Shown here piece after piece: positions 19,651 to 26,345 of a DNA stretch of 32,625 bases. Position 1 is the stretch's first letter, and every line of letters begins with the position of its first letter. Source of the DNA: an uncultured Planctomycetaceae bacterium (GTDB taxonomy: Bacteria; Planctomycetota; Planctomycetia; Planctomycetales; Planctomycetaceae); NCBI GenBank assembly GCA_963976765.1, contig CAXBME010000049.1:1-32625 (forward strand), written 5' to 3'. The translations under genes and the position numbers were made by a program. Under the pieces are notes generated by a model. It was not told where the DNA came from. It made no database searches and saw only the letters and a list, made by a program, of their open reading frames with translations.

Positions 19651-19666
19651 GCGCGAGGTTACATAT

Positions 19667-20092
19667 ATGAGATTCACTGTTAAACATTTTCCAATTCCAT
19701 GCTTAGTAAGATCTCTGGCGATACTGTTCGTGACGATTGCTGGTTGCAGTCCGGGACCGATTACCGGCGGAACATCTGGCGTATTGCGCACCGATGGCAA
19801 CCCACTTGCCGACGTGCAGCTCACCATTTACACGGCGACCCCGTCCACGAACGACGACGAATCTCTGGGATACGGCGTGACTTCCGGAGACGGGAAGTTC
19901 GAACTCGTCAAGCAGGATTCAACCGGCCCGCTGTACCTCGAACCCGGTTCATACGTCGTGGTGCTGGAATCCGTCGGTGCTCCGACCGACCTTCCGGCAG
20001 AATACCTGACGCGTAATTCCACACCTCTTAAAGTCGACTTGAGCAACAATGCGACTCTGGAACTTAACGTACCAGGACTCACGCTGAAATAA
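19667..20092 (+). CDS. Lipoprotein, carboxypeptidase-regulatory-like fold (DUF1559 partner)
   Basis: Lipobox IAGC; DGNPLADVQLT, GVTSGDGKFEL, PGSYVV, LPAEY, TPLKV. Confidence 0.85.
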   Translation: MRFTVKHFPIPCLVRSLAILFVTIAGCSPGPITGGTSGVLRTDGNPLADVQLTIYTATPSTNDDESLGYGVTSGDGKFELVKQDSTGPLYLEPGSYVVVLESVGAPTDLPAEYLTRNSTPLKVDLSNNATLELNVPGLTLK

Positions 20093-20122
20093 ATCGTACA
20101 ACCACCAAGGCAACAGCAAGCG

Positions 20123-21454
20123 ATGAATAACACTGATATTTTGACCGCCGAGTTTACGGCGAGTGGTACGCCCCCGCGACAGTGGCTTTATATCGCGATG
20201 TGGCGCTGGCACTTTTACGCTGGCCTGCTATCGATTCCGATCTGCATGTTTCTGGGAACAACCGGAGCAATCTATTTGTTCAAGCCATTCGTCGAACCGT
20301 TGCTCTATCACGATCTGCAAACAGTCACTGCTGGCGATGCAAAGCTGCCTCTCACCCAGCAGCTTGAGGCCGCTCAAAGTGCCAGGCCAAACGCGAAGGT
20401 GGGCAGCATTACGCCCGGAACTGAACCTCACGCAGCCACCGAAGTTAGCATGCGAACTTCATCCGGTGAGAACATCCTGATCTACGTGAACCCGTACACG
20501 GGCGCTGTGACTGGCGAATTGATTCGCAGCCGGATGTTCATGCAGCAGGTCCGCGACCTGCACGGCGAACTGATGCTGGGAAAATTTGGAACCTTGTGTG
20601 TTGAACTGACCGCCTGCTGGACGATCGTGCTGCTGGCAACTGGCATCTATCTCTGGTGGCCACGTCCGGCATTCCGTCTGAAAGGTGTATTCATTCCAAG
20701 ACTGAGACAAGGCTCGCGGCTCTTCTGGCGTGATATGCACGCTGTAGTGGCGATGTACGCTTCCGCAATCGTTCTCGTACTGCTGATCACGGGCTTGCCC
20801 TGGACCACGGTCTGGGGTGGCCTTTTCAAGGAATTTCAGTCCACGACCGGGCAGGCTCGTCCATTGGCTGCCGAGTTTCAGGTTCCCTTCAAATCGGTAA
20901 AACCAGAAGGAGCCAGGCCGTTGTCCCTGGAAGACGTCGTCAATGTGGCCCATGTAAATGGTATGGCCAATGGTTACACGATCATGCTTCCTCGTGGGCC
21001 GGCAGGAACGTACGGCTTTGTGAACAGGAATCAGAAACTGGAAGAGTCAGACTTTCTATTCATCAATCAGTACACGGCCGATGTGATCAGCCGCGCCGGC
21101 TGGGACGATCATCCGGCCACGGCGAAAGCTGTCGCGTTGGGAATCCGCCTGCACCAGGGAGAACTCTTCGGTGTTGCAAATCTGATTCTCATGCTGATTG
21201 GAGCGCTGGCCGTCATCTGGATGTCGTTCAGTGCTGCTGTCATGTGGTGGCGACGGCGCCCGTCAGGAAAACTTGGTGTCCCCACTCGACCAGCGGACTG
21301 GAGCATTCCACGCGGCATTGCCGCCATCATTCTGCTTCTCGCGATTCTGTTGCCGCTCGTTGGCGTGTCGCTGATTTTCGTATTACTACTTGAAAAAGTC
21401 GTTCTGACGCGAGTGCCTCGTGTCTGTGAATGGCTTGGACTGCCCACCGCATGA
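20123..21454 (+). CDS. PepSY-associated TM helix domain protein (PiuB/FoxB-like membrane protein)
   Basis: WRWHFYAG, YVNPYTG, DLHGEL, TGIYLWWPR, RDMH, TGLPWT, LHQGELFG, MWWRRRP. Confidence 0.93.
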   Translation: MNNTDILTAEFTASGTPPRQWLYIAMWRWHFYAGLLSIPICMFLGTTGAIYLFKPFVEPLLYHDLQTVTAGDAKLPLTQQLEAAQSARPNAKVGSITPGTEPHAATEVSMRTSSGENILIYVNPYTGAVTGELIRSRMFMQQVRDLHGELMLGKFGTLCVELTACWTIVLLATGIYLWWPRPAFRLKGVFIPRLRQGSRLFWRDMHAVVAMYASAIVLVLLITGLPWTTVWGGLFKEFQSTTGQARPLAAEFQVPFKSVKPEGARPLSLEDVVNVAHVNGMANGYTIMLPRGPAGTYGFVNRNQKLEESDFLFINQYTADVISRAGWDDHPATAKAVALGIRLHQGELFGVANLILMLIGALAVIWMSFSAAVMWWRRRPSGKLGVPTRPADWSIPRGIAAIILLLAILLPLVGVSLIFVLLLEKVVLTRVPRVCEWLGLPTA

Positions 21455-21627
21455 ACACACTGACTCAACGGGCAACACTACGCGAACACAATGAACTACT
21501 GATCCACCTGGATTTCCATCAAATCGATCAGATTTGATCGCCCGTCCATTCCCTGGATTGCCAGCAAAACAATGTCAGACCTGTCCGTGCCTATCGACCT
21601 GACGACGGTTCGAGATTCTGCACGACC

Positions 21628-21905
21628 GTGGACGCCTCAACCAGCCCGTCGACAACTCTGTTACAGGCATTGAATCTGCTGAACAGCCCGTTCGTATTCA
21701 AACAGGCTGGTTCTCTGGCACAGAGACTGGTGAAAGAGCCTCCGAAGTCGGACCGCGAGATGGTTCGTCGCGCGTTCGAACTCTGTTTTAACCGACAGCC
21801 GAACAGCGACGAGTTGGCCGGACTGCTGCTTTCATCGAGCAGTCCGGCCTGCCTCAGTTCTACCGAGCCAGACTGAACGCCAACGAGTTTGTTCTCGTCC
21901 CGTAA
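21628..21905 (+). pseudogene. Decayed C-terminal fragment of a DUF1553 (PSD1) gene
   Basis: STTLLQALNLLNSPFV...VRRAFELCFNRQP, then after a frameshift near 21822 AAFIEQSGLPQFYRARLNANEFVLVP*; compare TTPLQALSLLNNSFV...NVNEFVLVD of 6669-9680. Confidence 0.85.
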
Positions 21906-21958
21906 CACGAGCATGGAGCATCTCTCAAACACAAGCCAGCCGCGTCAGGCCATGCCTT

Positions 21959-24900
21959 TTACTCATCGGTAGTTTCAGCAACTGTGCCCTTTTCTTTGGC
22001 TTCCTTCTTCGCGCGAAGTTTTTCGATGGCGGCGCGGACGTCGGCTTCCCAGGGGAATGGTTCGTCCCTGGCCGGGTCGTAGGGCGGGAGGTTGGGGATG
22101 GGGACGTTCATCTGCTGGAGCAGTTCGGTGGTCCTGGTGAGTTCGTAGCGGTTGACATACGGCTCGCCGTCGGCCCAGGACCACCGGTAGGCGCTCAGCG
22201 CGTGCTGCTTCGCTTGCTCGTCGTCGCCGAGGGCGAGCCAGAGCTGGGCGAGGAGGCGATGCGCGGGCTGGCGCAGGTGGGCCAGTCGCTCGGCCTCACG
22301 CTGCGGCTCGGCGAGTTGGCCGAGGTGGTGCTTGGCCAGGGCAAGTCCGGTTTCGGATTCCGCATCGGAGATGCCGCTCTCCCGTGCCATACGGACGGCC
22401 TCTGCAAAGCTCGCCACCGCCAGCGCCCACTCGCCCTGCTCCAGCCTCCAAGCTCCGCGTAGTCCGTGGAGATCGCGCATTGTGGGACGGTTCTTGCCTT
22501 GCGTAGCCAGATGCTCAACGTTGGCGAGGTGCTTTTCCTGCAAAGCTCCGTTCCTATACTGAAATCGCGCATAATCCAACTCAGCATCCCCCGGACGATA
22601 AGCAGGGCGTGACCAATCCCGCCCCATCTGATCGAGGAGTTCCCACGTCGCTTCGGCCTCCGACAACTGACCGAGCACGGACTGGGCGACAAAGAGAGTA
22701 AGCCGGCTCTTGAAGAGCGTTTGTTCGTTGGCGATTACCTCGGCAAGGTCAAGCGCCAAGACATCCAAGCTAAGTGCCTGGGCTGCCCCTGTGGACGCAG
22801 CGACCTGCCTGATCGTAATGTTTGCGTTTTTCCAATCCTCTCTCTCCAACTTGGAAAAGAGCGCGGCAACATAGACTGCAAGGGCTTCAGTCTTCTCTCC
22901 ACATTTGCGCAAAGCATTTCCGGCGCAAGTCGCCAGATATGAGGCATCTGAAGCCTCGACGCACTTCGGCAGTTTTCCCCAGCCATCCGAAAAGAAGTGC
23001 CTCAACAAGGACAAGTCTTCCGCGGTCGCTTCGACGTTGAATGATATTGCATTCGACAAATCGCCCCGATAGGCATCCACCGCTTGCTGAAAGTGACCTA
23101 GCTTGAGGAGGGTGCGGACGATGTGCAAGCCAGGGCGCAGTTCTTCCAGAGTCTCTGCCTGCTCATACGGGCTGCGGTGGAGCGAGGAGAAATGGTCCAC
23201 CACGCGTTGGCCATAGCGTTTTTTTTCTTCTGGTTGTGACGCACCAGCAAACACCCCCCGGACCACCGGATGTAGGTCGTACTTCGATCTGCGATCGTAC
23301 TGGAGCAATCCGCGCTGCTCCAGATCCGCAACAATTGGTGGTAGCTTGCTTGGTGCCTCAAGGTACGCTGTCGATTCAAATCGGAGCTTGACTGCCAATT
23401 CGTAGTCGTTCCAACGTTCTAATTTCGGTTCGTAGTACTCCATCGTAAGACGCTGGTCCTCTTCAGACAGGTTCTTCCAACTACCGTGCTCCATCGGATT
23501 GTCTGGCTTCTCAACTTCCTTCGGCTCTGGTGGTAGGTGAGGGTTGAAGGCGCAGAGCGTCTCGTAGTCCACGGATTCGGAGAGCAGCGCGAGGGTGGAG
23601 AGGAGTTGGCGGCTCGCAGTTGGGAGAGCATCGAGGGCGGCGCGGAGGATGTGGTTGCGGCGTTGGATGAGGTCGAGGCTGGCGAGGTCGAGGCTGGCGA
23701 GGTCGAGGCTGGCGAGGTCGAGGCTGGCGAGGTCGAGCCTGGCTCCGCCGTCGGGGGCGGCTGCCCAGGCGCCGAAGTTCCCACGCGCCGGCAGGTAGTT
23801 GTTGATGAGGCCGCCGAGGATGCCGATAACGAGCGGGTGATTGTCGCAATTGGTCGTGAGGTAGCTCTGGATGGCGGCGCTGTCTCCCTCGATGCCGCAG
23901 GAGCGCAGGAGCCGCTCCGCATCCGACGGGCGGAGGCCGGAGAGTGTGATCCGCTTCGCCCCGGTGATGGGCTGGCCGGAGGGATTCAGCAGCACGCGCG
24001 GCGTGAGCCGGGAGCTGACGAGAATCTTCGACGGCGCGGCGGCGGCCAGCGCGCGGAGCAGGTCGTTGTCCTCGTCGCGGATGGCGTCGCAGGGGTTGCG
24101 ATTGACGATCTTGTCGGTGGGGTTGTTCGCGTCCTCGTCGGGCATCTCGGCGGCGTCAATGCGATGATAGGCCACGAGCACACGTTCCAGTCCATCCAGG
24201 ATCAGCAGCCAGGGCCGTGCGTGAAGTTGCGCCAGCAGCGGTTCCCTCAGCTCGGCGGTCTTCTTTTTGCGAAGCTCGTTCAGCGGCTGCCCGGTCATGT
24301 AGGCGAGCGCCCGCTGGCAGAAGTCTGCCATGATCGCGCCCCGCTCATAGAACGAATACCAGAACCGCCCGGCCCACGCGTCGTCGCCTGTCCGTAGTTG
24401 CTCTGCGTGCCTGGTCGTCCACTCCCAGGTGAGCATGCTCTTGCCATTGCCGCCGATGGCCTCATACAGAAGCAGATTGGTCGGATCAGCGAGCCTGGCC
24501 CATTCGCTGAGTTCTTCCAGCTCCCTCGCTCGTCCCACGAACTGGTGCGAGCCGATGTAGTCCGGCTCGGCGTATAAGGCGGGAGGCGTGGGAATGGTGC
24601 CCTGCCTGGGGCCGCTGGCGGTTTGGACATCGTCCTTCGAAGTGTCGTCTGATGGTGAGGCCAAGTGCTGCGCCAGCTCCATGAGAGAAGCGGCGAATCG
24701 GTCTTTGAACTCTGCCAGACTGTTGAATTCGGCATAAACGCGATTCACATCAGAACTCTGTGAGGCTTTCTTAGCTCGCTCACGAAATGCGTTCAGCTTC
24801 TTCCTCTTCAAGGCAACAAGTTCGATATCCTTTTCCGTTACCGGGTGATTCTCCCCCATTATGAACAGCAGCGCAGGACGTCCGAGCCGTTGGGCTTCGT

Positions 24901-25198
24901 TGAATTCCAGTTCGGTGATCGAAAGCTTGTCGGGATTCCGTTCCTCGCATTTCGGCGTCTGACCATACTTTCGGCTGATGATCAGAATGTAAGCCGCACT
25001 CTCTCGCACCATCTGAAGCGAGGAATCAACCACATCACCAGTGAGTCTGGCACCGCTATACTCCATCACCTTCGGATGCAGCTCGTGCTCCATCACTGCC
25101 TTGATGATTGCCTTGCGGTGTTCCTGCAAGTCGGTGAACGTACTGGACAGCATGACCTGTGGAACGTCGCGAGGAGTGTGTGAAGTGTCAGTTTGCAT
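21959..25198 (-). CDS. DUF4062 effector + STAND P-loop NTPase + wHTH + TPR-like repeats (NLR-like protein)
   Basis: VMLSSTFTDLQEHR...KYG...SITELEF (DUF4062); FVGRARELEEL; Walker A IGGNGKS; Walker B LLILDGLE; GLL...YDLHPVVR; helical repeat C-terminus. Confidence 0.88.
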   Translation of the reverse strand: MQTDTSHTPRDVPQVMLSSTFTDLQEHRKAIIKAVMEHELHPKVMEYSGARLTGDVVDSSLQMVRESAAYILIISRKYGQTPKCEERNPDKLSITELEFNEAQRLGRPALLFIMGENHPVTEKDIELVALKRKKLNAFRERAKKASQSSDVNRVYAEFNSLAEFKDRFAASLMELAQHLASPSDDTSKDDVQTASGPRQGTIPTPPALYAEPDYIGSHQFVGRARELEELSEWARLADPTNLLLYEAIGGNGKSMLTWEWTTRHAEQLRTGDDAWAGRFWYSFYERGAIMADFCQRALAYMTGQPLNELRKKKTAELREPLLAQLHARPWLLILDGLERVLVAYHRIDAAEMPDEDANNPTDKIVNRNPCDAIRDEDNDLLRALAAAAPSKILVSSRLTPRVLLNPSGQPITGAKRITLSGLRPSDAERLLRSCGIEGDSAAIQSYLTTNCDNHPLVIGILGGLINNYLPARGNFGAWAAAPDGGARLDLASLDLASLDLASLDLASLDLIQRRNHILRAALDALPTASRQLLSTLALLSESVDYETLCAFNPHLPPEPKEVEKPDNPMEHGSWKNLSEEDQRLTMEYYEPKLERWNDYELAVKLRFESTAYLEAPSKLPPIVADLEQRGLLQYDRRSKYDLHPVVRGVFAGASQPEEKKRYGQRVVDHFSSLHRSPYEQAETLEELRPGLHIVRTLLKLGHFQQAVDAYRGDLSNAISFNVEATAEDLSLLRHFFSDGWGKLPKCVEASDASYLATCAGNALRKCGEKTEALAVYVAALFSKLEREDWKNANITIRQVAASTGAAQALSLDVLALDLAEVIANEQTLFKSRLTLFVAQSVLGQLSEAEATWELLDQMGRDWSRPAYRPGDAELDYARFQYRNGALQEKHLANVEHLATQGKNRPTMRDLHGLRGAWRLEQGEWALAVASFAEAVRMARESGISDAESETGLALAKHHLGQLAEPQREAERLAHLRQPAHRLLAQLWLALGDDEQAKQHALSAYRWSWADGEPYVNRYELTRTTELLQQMNVPIPNLPPYDPARDEPFPWEADVRAAIEKLRAKKEAKEKGTVAETTDE
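23669..23743. repeat. In-frame 15-nt tandem repeat, 4 perfect + 1 imperfect copies
   Basis: (GAGGTCGAGGCTGGC)x4 + GAGGTCGAGCCTGGC; encodes ARLDL-(ASLDL)4 on the minus strand. Confidence 0.97.
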
Positions 25199-25467
25199 GA
25201 CGTTTCCTGAATGTGCTGCGGCACGGAGTGGTGGATAAAGCCCCCCACAGGCGATGTTCGCGTTCCCGTCGAGCTGGCCCCTGTTATGCCATCATCGAAT
25301 ATGCCTCTCAGAACTGCCGGGCAAATGTCCGTAGTTCAATCGGGAACCTGTTTTTATACACAGTCCCATGCATCCTGACATTTACTGAGACGACTTAAAA
25401 GCGATCGGAGCATCAGACGGCAGGGCGGGCAATCAAGGGCGAACATGCCTCGTCAGCCTGCCGGCTA

Positions 25468-25497
25468 TTGACAATCAGGTGACTCAAGGGGTAGTTT
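25468..25497 (+). promoter_or_regulatory. Candidate sigma70 promoter
   Basis: TTGACA (25468-25473), 18-nt spacer, TAGTTT (25492-25497), just upstream of ORF 25513. Confidence 0.45.
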
Positions 25498-25512
25498 CGC
25501 TGCCATTCGCCA

Positions 25513-25989
25513 TTGACACAGTTTCTGATTGAGTCTTTTGAGGAAGCCTGCAACTTGCTTTCTACTGGCCGGTTCAGCTCTGCTCGACTGAAGTTTGTTG
25601 CGGCGGGGTTGTGCGCTTTGATCCTGCAACTGACCATCGAACAATCGGCTGATGCGAGCTGCGGTGACTGGCTGGCGAGTCACTCATCAGTAGAGTCGGT
25701 CGAGCCGACAAGTTCGTCTCTGCCCGATCGTTTCGACAGGACGCAACACACTGACCAGGAGACTCCCGCACGACAAGGTTCCTGTCATGGTCCGCTTTGC
25801 CAGAACTCGCCCACCCCTCTGACTCCGCCTGTTCCGGTTTCTACAACTGAAGCGCCTCAACAATGGTTGAAGCTGACAGTTCGCGCTTCTCATTTCGGAG
25901 TTGACGGTGACTCGCGGACGTTACCGCAAAGCGAACCGCTCCCCGAATCTGCTTCCCGGCGACGTCTGGAACGTCCACCCTGTTGCTGA
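25513..25989 (+). CDS. Small exported Cys-motif protein ending in ERPP (leader/arrest-peptide-like); exact start uncertain
   Basis: Signal-like FVAAGLCALILQLTIEQSADA|SCGDW; CHGPLC; Pro-rich linker; C-terminal RRRLERPPCC. Confidence 0.7.
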   Translation: MTQFLIESFEEACNLLSTGRFSSARLKFVAAGLCALILQLTIEQSADASCGDWLASHSSVESVEPTSSSLPDRFDRTQHTDQETPARQGSCHGPLCQNSPTPLTPPVPVSTTEAPQQWLKLTVRASHFGVDGDSRTLPQSEPLPESASRRRLERPPCC

Positions 25990-26345
25990 TGCCGGTGGTG
26001 CCACGCTTCGATTGTGGTCTTTGACGTTCGATGTCTGCCTGATGCGTTTTTCACGTTTCGCCATGTGCAACGTTGTGGAACTGGTATTTCCAATGTCTGT
26101 GCAGCTTCGGAACGCACTGGTCGCATTCTGATTCGAACGATCAGTACAGCATCACGTCTTGATGACGCCGTCGCTGCGCCGATGAAATCGGTGAGCCCTG
26201 ATCGATCACCACCAGACGCTGTATTGCTGGCCTGTTCGTCGACCACTTGTCGTTCAGGTTTCAGCAACTGGCTTCTTCCCAGGCAGCTTTTTTGTCTGAT
26301 TATCAGTAAGTACCGGACATCGTTCCGGTCCAGGGTTCAATCCTC

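Noticed and set aside
23669..23743. Tandem repeat considered as a CRISPR array
   Set aside because: No spacers, 15-nt unit, in-frame within a CDS, no cas genes
23537..24397. 286-aa plus-strand ORF with (EVEAG)n repeat
   Set aside because: Antisense reading of the high-GC NTPase region and its VNTR
21906..25400. NLR-like gene as part of a defined mobile element
   Set aside because: No integrase, transposase, terminal repeats or target-site duplication found
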